In this document: piece after piece, positions 27,380-40,502 of the stretch
Numbering within the stretch: the first letter of the stretch is position 1
Layout of the letters: each line of letters opens with the position of its first letter
Assembly (NCBI RefSeq): GCF_009914755.1
Contig: NC_060929.1
Direction: 5' to 3' (one strand)
Length of the DNA: 64,000 nucleotides
Source: the human T2T-CHM13v2.0 reference genome, Homo sapiens
The notes under the pieces: model-generated
The model's database searches: none
What the model saw: the letters and a program-made list of their open reading frames with translations, nothing else
Told to the model about the DNA's origin: nothing
Translations under genes and position numbers: made by a program

Positions 27380-28556
27380 CAGTTTCATCAGTTTCTTTGG
27401 ATATTGTGGCTTATAGATATACCACATTTCTGTAATTATTAAAAAAAAAAAAAAACTTGAGCTTTATTTTCCAAGAGCCTCTGCCAGAACTTAAAGTGTG
27501 TTTCAGATTTCTTGTAACTTGAGAACTTCCTCTATAACTGGGCCTTTGTTTACCCCAACATATCTGTATATCTAGGCAATCTATAACTCTACTGAATTCA
27601 GGGAATATCAGAAAAAGGAAATAAATGTGCATTGAGTCAATCCACAAGTTCAGTTTGAATGTGAATATTTCACTTCCTTAAAGAAAGCAGAGCTATTCTT
27701 GTCTAGCTTATTTGTCCCTTAACTTTAAGTTTAATCTGTGGCATTCTCTTCTTACATCAGTAAGAAACAAGAATCATACTATGAGTCCTGGGGGGTCCGA
27801 CAAGTTGGTTCTTGCAGATTTTCTGAACTCCAAAAATTCCTTGGTATCAATTTGTAGTTTAAATTCTTTTCAACATGCTTTCACCTCCTATCTTCCTGAT
27901 AGCACAAAAATTAGCAAATTTTTCATACTTTGCTTGAAATTCCTGCATAAACTGGTAAGATATGGTCACATGCAGAAAAATTATTTACAATGGTGATCAT
28001 TTCCTTTGTCATATAATGAAATGAACCTAGCTTGGAAAATCACAGCAAAACTTGTCTGGTGAATTTGGACACTAGGCACACCAACATTCTCTTGGAATCT
28101 GAATAAACTGTTGAAAGCTTCTTTAGTCTCTTTCATCACAGTGCTCTATCTGAAAAAAGCAAAATTAATTTTTCAAAGTTTGAGCCAACTTCTCAGCTTT
28201 CTTTCTGGCAAACACTTACTTCATTATTTTGGTCTTTAAAATATTGCTAAAAATGTCAGACTGTCTGCACTGGAAGTCAGATGGACAGAGTTGACCTGCT
28301 GTAGAATATTTCTTTACAACCTCTAGCTCCTCTTATTTACCCTGAGCTTTTGTGCACCTGTATCCTGTATGCTGCAGTGTTTGTTTGCCACAATACAAAT
28401 GTCACCCACCTACCCCACCCAAAATAGAGGCAACAGACAAAAGTATTGCCTCATATGCCAATAATTTCCTATGATCTAAACAAAACCCATTTATAAAATT
28501 CTAGACAACCTAAAATAAGCAAATATTAATACAATTTTGCCCACATTCCTATTTGA

Positions 28557-28915
<359 letters not shown>

Positions 28916-29314
28916 TAAAGCCAGCACAGCACATCACTATTTGTGATCTAGGAATCCTAATCCCTCACTTTGAATTTTCTCTGGCTCATGTCATGATCCC
29001 TCCACAGCTGTGTTATAATGTGGAAATTTATCTTTCGTGTGGGTCTGACTTAGCCTTTACTTTTTTTTTCTGTCTCTTACTTAAATCATGATGTTTGAGT
29101 CTCATCTTTCATGTTTCTTTACTATTTTCTCTACTGATCTTTGTAATTCCTGGGTTTTCCTAACTACTGGGCCAAACTGAAGGCACATTAATCCATGATT
29201 CATGATCAATCCATGATCACCTTTTGAGGTTCTATAGAGAAGACGGTATGGTTAAGATTCTAATGAGTACATATGGGAAAAATGTTGGTCAACTTTTCTT
29301 TTTTTAAGATCCCG

Positions 29315-29675
<361 letters not shown>

Positions 29676-30564
29676 CTATGAGGAAGTGAACTAATTTATT
29701 AACTGTAAGGTTGACCTTTGTAAGCCATAAAACAGATATCTGACCAGTTTCTTCATATGGCTTTGTAGTCATTGATCCTGTATGTCTACCTAAGCACAAC
29801 CGTTATTTTTTATTGATGCAGTTTTTATATCTGACTAAAGGAGACTGTTCCTAAATACGGCACTCCAAAACATTCAAATAACTTGGTTGCATAATCAGTT
29901 CATTCAATGATAGCCAGAAAAATAGGAGAACAAGTTTTATTGTTCCTATGCAAATAACCACATTGTTATTAATATGACAGAGAGGGAGAAAAAGAGAGAA
30001 AAGAGTAGAAGATTTATTTCTGAATTCTGAGGGTCAGTGAGAACATGAAACTAAATATTGTACTAAATTAATAATTAAAGAAAGATTAAGAATAAACAAA
30101 AAGAGTGTTCAGCTTAGGTTCAGAAAAGGTGTTCGGCTTACTTTTCTTCATCATTTACAGATGGGCTTCTCAGATCTCAGCTTTGAGGTCTCATCTTGGA
30201 GGTTTCCGCTTCTGAGAACCTTTTGCTAACTTCCTTATACTGGGCTAAGTGTCCATTACATGTGCTTTTGTTGCACTCTGTGTACCCGATTAGGTACATG
30301 AGTATGTCAATTAAAACACTGTTTATGATAAGAAAAATTTGAAATTACTTAAGTGGCCAACAGAAAATAACATGGCAAATTTATGTAATGAAATGTTGTA
30401 ATTAAAAATGATGGTGTCAATGTATATTCAATGGCATGAACATATGTTCATAATTAAAAACAGATTACATAGTGAAATTACATAATAAAAAACAGACTGC
30501 AAGAACATAATGCACGTAATATGGTTACATTTTTATGACTACATATATATGTATAGAACATTAA

Positions 30565-30730
30565 CTTTTTTTTTTAATTTTAGAGATGGGATCTCACTCT
30601 TGTCACCCAGGCTGGAGTGCAGTGGCATGATCATAACTCACTGCAACCTCTATCTGTTGTGCTCAAGTGGTCCTCTTCTCTCAGCCTCCTAAGTAGCTAG
30701 GATTACAGGCATGAGCCACAGTACCTGGCT
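30565..30730 (-). mobile_element. Monomeric Alu fragment within an old L1ME-like 3' remnant (~30300-30850)
   Basis: gagatgggatctcactcttgtcacccaggctggagtgcagtggc...ggattacaggcatgagccac. Confidence 0.75.
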
Positions 30731-33700
30731 TTTGCGTAGAAAAAGTTCTAAAGGCTATAAATGTTACTAATAGAGGTTATCACTTAATGGCAAGACTATA
30801 CATTATTTTCGTATTTATTTACTGTCTAATTTTTGCATTTTTTTAAGCATGGATTTATTTTGTCTCAAAAGGAACAATAAAGACTATTAAACACTTTCTT
30901 AGCAAAATATTGGTAATTTGAACAATAGAATGTGATGCATTAAATCTTCACAAAGATGCTTTAATACCCCTTACACCAAATGGAGCATAGTGTTTCAAAA
31001 TGGAGTTTTGCAAGATTTGTGTTTTTTCTGCTTAAAAAAAGGAAATGCCTTTCTTTTCCCCCTTTCTTCTGGGGAAGGCTAGATTCCAGGTAATCCTCAT
31101 AAACAGACATTTAAAATTAAACCCACAGGTTTTCAAAATACTAATGGATTCTCCACTCCATTTCTCAAGGCCAGGCATGGTTTTTCTGCTTGGACACTTG
31201 GCACAAGTGTTCTGGATTGTACAGAACAGCGCTGGTACAGTGCTGACTCTGAACATGAGCCAAATTCACCTGTTGTTGTTGTTGTTTTTGTAATTTCAGC
31301 TTATGTACCACAAACTATAATTGGAAAACAGTTGGTTCATGGATTTTCCTAGTTAAGTTTTAAGCATTCCAGTTAGTAAGCAAATTTATTGCTGTGAGTT
31401 TTTTTTTCCAATTGTAAAGAGCTATTGATAAGTGGCTCTGAGATGGAGAATGCACCCTAACAAGCCACGGCCCACTGGAGGCTTCACATTCAGACTTCTG
31501 CGAAAGATAGAGAAACCACAGTGTAAAAGAGAAACTGATACTTTCATACTAGTTCACTCATAAAAAGAAAAGAAAAGAAAAGAGAAATCCATTGTCACTG
31601 TGAAGGGAGAGTCAGGAGGCATACAACTGGATTGTTACTCACCTCTTCTTGTTGATTAAAGAATGTTTAACTCTAAGATATACATACTCAATTTAATTCT
31701 TTAAAGTTACTTTTCACAAGATAGAATACAATTCCAGATTCTAAATAAAATGATAACACTAACTGTGGGTGAAAGTGACCTGAATCTCCTAACAGTTTCC
31801 TCCTCTCCCTACATAAATAGCACATGCTCTTTGTTGAAGTCCTGCACTTGCTAATACTTTGCATCTTCAGGTCTGGAAGAGAGAAAGATGAGAAATAAAA
31901 GGGAATCGCTGTTTTTTTCAAGTTCTTCTTCTTCTTACAACCTCCACATATTCATGGCATGATTCATTTTTACTTTATATTTGCCTCGACAAATAACTCA
32001 CCTTCAGTGCAACTTGCTCCTGGAGTTATTTCTCTAATAATACTTTTGCTCAAAATCTATACATATTCACCAGTCTTCTTGAACAAAGGTGTACACATTC
32101 ATTAAGGAGGGGTAAAGGGAAATTTGGGACATTAAACAATTTTGTTTAGGTTTACTTTGTTTTTGTTTTTCAGATAAACTTAGATGATCCTTATGTGATC
32201 TTCACAAGGCTGACTTCTTGTCATTCAAAAGGCACATTAAGTGTTATTTTTAGACATGTCTTCTCTGACTATTCAAATGAAAGTGGCCACTCTTCTATTG
32301 TAATTATTTGTGTAACATTATTTCTATATGACATGTTTTCTCATTTATGTATTTATTTATTTATTGTTTATCTCCTCTCAACAACAACAAAAATTAACTT
32401 CATGAGGGCAGGGACTTGTTGATCTTATTTAATACTCGAGAATGGCTTCAGGTATAGTAGATGCCCAATAAATTCTGAAAACTAAATGAATAACTATGTG
32501 TACAAATCCTCTTCTCCAAGAGCAGCAGTCACTTAACTAGCAGATTAGTGTTAAACAAATATTGCACATTAGATAAATAATCTTCATCTCTACCCAGTCC
32601 TGCCATACTCTTGTGGACTTAATCAATGCCAACAGGGGAACAAATGTGATTAATTAATCTCTCTTATTAACTGATGGTCCAAAAACCAGAACTCAATTAT
32701 AACACAGACTGCAGTAGATATATTCATCAACAGCATGTAAAATCTTGGTTCCAAAACTAAAGCTCAATAAAATGACAATATAATGTGATTTGAGTAAGCT
32801 ACTGGGTTAAAATACTCCCAGTAAGTCATCAACACAGCAAAAAAAAAGTTCTGTTAAATGACAGTTCATTCTAGCAGAAGTTATATTAGAAGGCACGGAT
32901 TAAGCAAGGCAGGATTTTAGATCTTAATTCTGACTTACAGAAAATTATTAGATATGAACCTAAACTATAAATGTGGGTTTTTCAGAACAAAGCTTTTCTT
33001 GGCATATATGAAACTTTATGCCTGAAAAGTTTCATAACATAATCTTGGTTTTTAAAAATTTGACATCAGTACATTCTATCTATTAAAGGTCATTTGATTT
33101 CTTGTAAATGTAGCTCTTTTGAGTGACTGAAATAATAAGTAACACACTCAGTGATCACCAGTTATTTAGTGTCGCACTACATTATAACAAAAGCCATTAC
33201 ATCCTGTGTGACAGGAAAATGGGTGGAGGACCTTGTATATCAAACTTCCAGAAATCCTTGTTTACAAGGCTGAGTTTTTATGTCATAGCGTGGCAGTCCA
33301 AAACTTTTTCAGCAGGTCATGGCTTTTTTTCTAGGAAAGTTATCTTTATAAAACACCTTGACAATTGTTTCCTTTTTGCATATATAACAAAATATCTAAA
33401 ACAGACACTAGCATGAAAAAAATCTTATCAAATTAAAGGAAAAATGGATATTAAGTGATATCTTATGGCAGTCTTATAATGCTTTGCATACAGTAGGTAC
33501 TCTGTAAGTATTTATTAGTTTAGTGAATTAGATAAAAAATTAAAGCGCAAGCTTCCCTGATTCTCTCCACTGTTCTGAAGACTGCATGCAGGTTCCTAAA
33601 TAACAAGTGGTAGAACCTAGTGATAAGCAAATTTAAAGGTTTATTGATTATATGAATATATGTTTAGAAGTTTTAAATTACAATTTCAAACTGCATTTAA

Positions 33701-34396
33701 ATGAACTTCTTCCACTTCAGACTCTCTCTGCACAAGATTACCTCTGTGCCACCCCTCTTCCCTGCTCTGTGTCCCTGTCTCGGTAGTTCAGCTTTTTATC
33801 AGCCTCTCTCAAGTGACATAAAAGCACTGATTTATTTGTGTTCCCCTTGACCCCAGAGTTTTCACAACTGAAACAAAATTCCGGGTTTCAGAGTCCTGTT
33901 CCTGCATGGGAACATTTCATAATCCTCTTGTTCAGCTACTCAGAAAAAAATATTCATTGTCCCTTCCTTTGTGCCCTCACAGCAGGTTGTGATGCCTTTA
34001 GGTTGCGCTGATCTCCAGCTACCTCCTTTGACTTGTCTGGCTAGGCAACCAGCCCTTCCTTAACATTTCCTGCCCTTCGTCTCCATGCCCCCACCCCTGT
34101 CTCTACCACAACAATTAAAAGAAGACCTCATTGTTTATCACTGGGTTGATAAACAATCCAGTTAAAATCTGAATTTAAAGACAAGATTTCAGCTGATATT
34201 TTGTGATCTTTCTCTATATACATTGTAACAAACAAGATAATTTTGAGTACTCTGAGCCATCAAGCAGTAAAATCTCAAGGGCTGCTCATTCACTCATTCT
34301 ACAGCAGAACATTGTTATGTCCTTATTTCCTCTATTTTGTAAGTTTTGAATGTTTTAAGCATTCTCTTTTTGAATTCTTTTCTTCTTTAATTTTGT

Positions 34397-34624
34397 CATC
34401 CAGCCTGGCCAACATGGCAAAACCCCATCTCTACTAAAAATACAAAAATTAGCCAGACATGGTGGTGGGCTCCTATAGTCCCAGCTACTCTGGAAACTGA
34501 GGCAAGAGAATTGCTTGAAATCAGGAGGCAGAGTTTGCAGTGAGCCGAGACCACGCTACTGCACTCCAGCCTGGGTGACAGAGCGAGACTCCATCTTAAA
34601 AACAAAAACAAACAAAAACAAAAA
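34397..34624 (+). mobile_element. 5'-truncated AluS
   Basis: ccagcctggccaacatggcaaaacccc...gactccatcttaaaaacaaaaac. Confidence 0.9.
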
Positions 34625-35714
34625 TCACTATATTTTTGACTAAGAGAAAAACTACAGGACATACTGTAGTAATAGCAATCACAAATTTTTTGGTCAAAAT
34701 TTTCTCCATATTTTGGAAGAATTTAATTCTGCTTAACAGCAGTACATTGGATCAACGGTGTCATTCAGTGGAAAGTAGCAGCTAATTTCCATGCGTTAGC
34801 TACAGTTTTTCCCTGATCTCTTAGAGAGGTGAGTCTGATAACCTTCAAAGCATGGGCAAAATCAGATTCTTTAACAATGTTTAGTAATATTAAATTATCT
34901 TCACGTTAGCCCATGTTTACATGATACCAAACAGATCATATTTTTAAGGACTATTCCAGCATCTTGAAGCAAAACAGTTTCTTTCTTAAAATGAGAAACA
35001 GAGCAATACACAAAAGTAATACAGAAAAGTTTATTTCATATATATACATCGAAGAGTGTATACACTCTGAACCTCTAGTGTTAACCAAAATCGAATAATG
35101 AGTTTGATATAAAAAATTTTTCATTTTATAGAAACATAATATTTTGGAGCTTTGGACAAGGGCCTTACTAGCCTGGTGAATTTTTGTCTCATTGGAATAC
35201 ATACACTGATGTTTTGAGCACAGAGTACCTTAGCAACTCTGGGGAGTTTCTACTAGCTGCGAGGTATGAACCAATATGATAACCAAAGTCCTTATCTAAT
35301 CGAAGTTACTGGAGAGGACTGTGGCCCACATGAGTTAAAGGTCATTCTGGGAGAATAACTGGTCTCCATGAAAGTGAATTGATACCTAGTTCTGTATAAG
35401 AACCCCCAGGATCTCTCCTTCAAGATGATTACTGTCCTGACTTTGACTCATCCTGGTCAATCAACTCTGGGAAATGGGGAACCTAACTTTAGAGGGAAGT
35501 GTTGGAAAACACCCCCAAGCACCAGTACCCATAATATGAGGTCTAGGGCTTGAAAGCCGGGACAGAGGGTGACCTTGCCTGCTTTCATGTTGTAGCCCCA
35601 GATAAAGGAATGGTCACTTACCTAAGCACACAGTCAGAGCTGTGAGAGGTTAGTTTGCCTGGCCAGTAGGCAGCCAAACTGAGAAAATGAAGCACTGGAG
35701 ACGGGGGTTGGTTA

Positions 35715-36200
35715 TTTTCCATTTGCTGCCACTGCCCCCTAGATCCATTCTGGACCCTTTTCCACCCAGCTTTTTGTTGCAGGAGGACTGATCCATATGG
35801 ATGGGATCCCCTTGCCGCCTGGAAGCTTAGGCCAGTGGGAGCCAGTGGCAGGATATTGGAGGGCAGAAAAAGAAAGATGTCAAACATTTCTTATGCCCTC
35901 CCTAGCTCCCTCTAACCCTACACACAACTTTACCCTCCCCCATCTCAAACCACTGGCTGGCGCCTTCCACAAGGACAGCTTCTATTGGACACCCACTCCC
36001 TTTCAAGACTCTAATTCTCACTGGTAATGCTAGCTCCTTCCTTTGCACTTTGAGGTCTAGGGGTGCAAAGAGTTGGTGACTCAAGATGGTTTGCTGGTTT
36101 CCTCTTATCTGTCTACACCTCAGTAAACATCTCCTTTATTTCATGTTACCCAAACTCCTGCTGCTGTAACTTTTAATACCTGTTGGGACATGGCTGACAG
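35715..36200. mobile_element. LTR33-like ERVL LTR
   Basis: cccctagatccattct...ggccagtgggagccagtggcaggatattggagggc...ttcctttgcactttgaggtctaggggtg. Confidence 0.5.
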
Positions 36201-37806
36201 AGTGGGAGGTGAATACATATATAAATGCATGCATACATATATATTTACATGCATATGTTTATGTGTGTGACCAGAGAGACTTCATTCCTAGCGAGGGATC
36301 TTTGATTTCTACAAAAAAGAGCCAAAGGCTGCAGAAACTTTCCCTTGAAGGAAGTGAGAAAGGGAAGGAAGAGAGGAAAGGAAATAGAGATAATTTCATC
36401 TTTACCTTGGCATAATTTTTTAGTCCTTGATGTCTGATATGTGTTTAAATATTAATAGTTTCCATTTCAAATAAGGAATGTTAGGCATGTTTTCTCATCT
36501 AAAGAATTCTAATTTTCAAGTCCTTAAAATAGATCTTTTAAGGTGTTAAAAAATCTAAATTAATTTAGATTTCCTAATTTCTTAATTTAAGCTATCTTAA
36601 TTTAGCTAGTTAAGATCAAAAGGCAAACTTCAACAAACTATTCCAAATCAAAAGTTGGCAACCTGCTTATAACATAAGATTATTTTAAAATGTACACTTG
36701 TTTAGGAATGCGTTCTGGTCCTTTAACCAACTGCGTTACCTAAAAGAAAGAATAATATATGTATATATGTTGCACACACATGGGTGTAAACTTTTGAAAG
36801 CATCTTAAAATTAACAAAAACAATCTGGGCAAGTATTTAAGAAATGTTTAGCATTTTTAAGAAAATCACTGAGTTATTTGTTGAAACTCTAATTTACTGT
36901 TATTGGTAACCATATAATTTCAAGGTTTATTTCCTAGCTGAATATATTCAAGGTTTGCTTTATTTTATAAAAGCTTTTGAAATAAATAATCAGTTCCCAC
37001 ATTAGCAGTGAGAGCTGAAAAACATCATCGCTGCTGCTATTGTCATTTCTTGAGGTTTTCAAATGTCGATTTTCATTCCAAAAGCTTATAACATGATGTG
37101 CACAATGAACAGGAAACAGATGTGTCCTAGAGATTTATTTTGATATTTTGTGTATATTTACTACAAACAGACAAGAATTAAAATATCAGCGTAGTGGAAA
37201 TTATCTAAAAAAATGATATTTAAAATGTTCCTAGATTGTGGGTACACAGAATTTAAAAAATATATATACGAAAAATTTCCAGATTTGGGTTTCAGTCGTA
37301 GCAATTCCATTTATTATGTTGCTCTGAATTTCTTAAAACTAGGCTATCTACCTAGCCTTCCTAATGGGAATGCTGAATTCAAATATAACTATAAATGGAA
37401 CAAATTCTAAATTAATTATAAAACGTCATGCAGATAATACTTATTTTTTCTGTGAGACTTTATGAACTTCATAACTTCTTATGAACTTGGTAACTTCACA
37501 AATTTGGAAAGAGACTAAATCTTTTCAAACAATGGTGAAAGATAATATTACTTAGAAGCCTATGAACCAGTAATATAAAGTCACTAAGGGAAGAAAAAGA
37601 GAGAAATATTGCAAAGATTCATTCTAAATAGGTAAGCATTTTAAAATAACCTCATCTTGTGTTTCTGCATAGACCGTTGCCATATTGTGGGGATTATGTG
37701 CTGAGGGGTGTGTGTGTGTGTGTGTGTACACACTAACAGTCATGTGTGTGTTTCAAATGTTAGGACACAACCAAACTGACTTTTAACTTGCTGACTTGAT
37801 TGGGAG

Positions 37807-38175
37807 TTTTTTTAGCTTTGAAATTTAGAAACAAATTTTATTTAAGATATGAAATACAATTTCTAAAATATCTTTTTCAGAAAACCATGGCTACACAATA
37901 ATAATTGCCTTTATCATGTTAGAATGTTCATTAGTCTCAAATAAAAAAACCGTGAAACAAACCACCATCCTTCAACAATTTGAGCAAAGATAGAATGCCT
38001 AAGGAACAACATAGGTGGACTTGAAGAGGATGGGCTGTTTTACTTCAACAACCATTAAAAAAACAAAAAAGAGCAAAAATGCATGGGTTTTGGGGTATAT
38101 ACATTAAGTTGAACCTTTGGCAGTAGGAATCAGGGCATTTTGTCACATAGCATTAACACATATTAGAAAATTGTG
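37807..38175 (-). pseudogene. Processed (retro) copy of an mRNA 3'UTR end, probably SET
   Basis: Minus strand ends ...gtatttcatatcttAAATAAAatttgtttctaaatttcaaagct-A7 (AATAAA at 37837-37842, poly-A remnant 37807-37813); resembles my recollection of the SET terminal 3'UTR. Confidence 0.65.
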
Positions 38176-38195
38176 GGCCGGGTGTGGTGGCTCAC

Positions 38196-39420
38196 AAAGT
38201 TTTTTCTAACAAATCCAACATTTGGGATTCCTAACAAATGATTTCTATTGCTGTTTTCCCCCCACTGTGTTTAGGTTATACTTTCCTATTTCGTTGTAGT
38301 ATTTTTTTGTTTGAACTGGAAATTTAAAATGTTACAATATGAAAAATCTAATTCAGATTCTTCACACTGGAGCTTATTTTTATTGTTGTCTGCTGTTGCT
38401 GTTGTTGTTGCTGCTGCTGCTGATGATGATAATGATGATTTGTGTTTATTTAGTGACTTTCCTGGACTAATTCTATAAAGTCTTTTTGTGGCTACTTAAG
38501 TCTCTCCTTCATTAGCTTAATGGTTAATTAATAATTAAATAGAGATTTTCTTTAATATCTTAAAGAAACAATCAGTCTCCTAACCTTTGCTGAAGGGCTC
38601 TCTCTCTGTGTTGCAAGTACATCTTCAATGTGCCAGTGGGCATTTCACAACTCTACCTTAGCTATTGCTTCCTGATGGCACAAAGCCTTAAGTTCAGCCA
38701 GAGGTGAGAGATTGGGATCTCAGGTCTTTCCAGGCCGTATGCACAGACCCACACATGTACATGTCCTTCTAGATTTCTGGAACATGTACAACCTTTCTAA
38801 AGTTCCCTATGGACATCTTTCAGATTACTTGGTCACCAATACCTTGACTGGTATTGCTGCCTCAGATTGCTGTGGGGTTATACAGTTGCCACGGATTTTT
38901 TTTTTTTTTTTACTTGAAATATAGCTGCTTTTATAGAGCTAGCTCTAAGACAGTCCAAATAAAGATAACTCTTGAGAATGGAGCTTTTCAAGAAATTGCC
39001 TGCAATACAGGTCAAATAGCAATACTTTTCTCAGGATGGGGTTTTACAGGAGCTCCAAAAGTGGCTGCTTTGTCACCTCCAATGGCTGCTAGACAGACTA
39101 CTGTTCCATCACCTCCAGTGGCTGCTAGACTGCTGATTTTCAGGATTCCAAGGCCATTCACCTTCAGAGCTACCACAGAGCTAGGAAGTGAGGGAAAATG
39201 GAAATACAACAAATTAAAATGTCACAGAGTTTTCTGTTTTTCAAGATTTGGCTGTTTTGCTGGATTTCTTTGTTAATTTCTTCAAGTCTTTGGTTAATTA
39301 CAGAGTTCTGAAAAAGTTGATTTTGACCATTTTTGCCAATATTCTCATTGCTTTTACAGAGGAAAAAAATTTTGGAGGTTATTCCTCCACAATTCCAGAA
39401 ATATTTCTATACCTTTGTTT
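38196..39420 (-). mobile_element. Old L1 (L1M) 5'-region remnant
   Basis: tttagtgactttcctggactaattct...; gagttctgaaaaagttgattttgaccatttttgccaatattctcattgc. Confidence 0.55.
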
Positions 39421-39687
39421 TAATATTGCACAAATATGCCTATTATTATAGTCCATACAAGACAAGTTTTTCATTAAAATATTTTAATGAAATTAAAGTA
39501 TCATTTTTATTCATAAGACTTGACTTTGATTAACATAAAGTAGAAAATTAATTCATTTCCCCTAACTCCTGGTGATATAAACTACAAAACAATCTCAAAA
39601 TTAAGTATTGTGGATATAATAAGGAAAATCTAAATATTGCTACTCTAGTTAGACTGAATTTATATTTAAATATTTTATACTATTTGA

Positions 39688-40007
39688 GTTTTTTGTTTTG
39701 CTTTTTTTGTTGTTGTTTTTTAGCGATGGGGACTCGCCCTATCACCCAGGCTAGAGGGCAGTGGTGCGATCATACCTTACTGTAACTTCTAACCCGTGGA
39801 TTCAAGCAATCCTCTGGTTTCAGCCTCCTGAGTAGCTAAGACTACAGGTGTATGTCACCACATCTGGCTAGTTTTTTTAAAAAAAATTTTGTAGAGATGA
39901 GGTCCCTCTACGTTGCCTAGGCTGGTATCAAATTCCTGGTTCAAACGATCCTCCAGCCTCAACCTCCCAAAGTGCTTGGATTACAGGGTGAGACACCACA
40001 CCTGGAC
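39688..40007 (-). mobile_element. AluJ
   Basis: Diverged reverse-complement dimeric Alu. Confidence 0.9.
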
Positions 40008-40200
40008 CTGGGTTTGTATTTTTATGAGAGGTGTGGGTCATAGTAAAAATAAATTATATGATCTTGTAAAACATTAATATAAATATCCAGTTATGATGTA
40101 GTCAAATGCCAGGTACACATTGTTCGTAACTGTCCAGGCCTTTTTTCTAAGCATTTTAATGCCCAACTTTGCTAAGCACTAATAATCATTCCTAGACTAA

Positions 40201-40502
<302 letters not shown>

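Noticed and set aside
38854-39276. 140-aa ORF with a short internal repeat (SPPMAAR/SPPVAAR)
   Set aside because: Within an old antisense L1 remnant, non-ATG start
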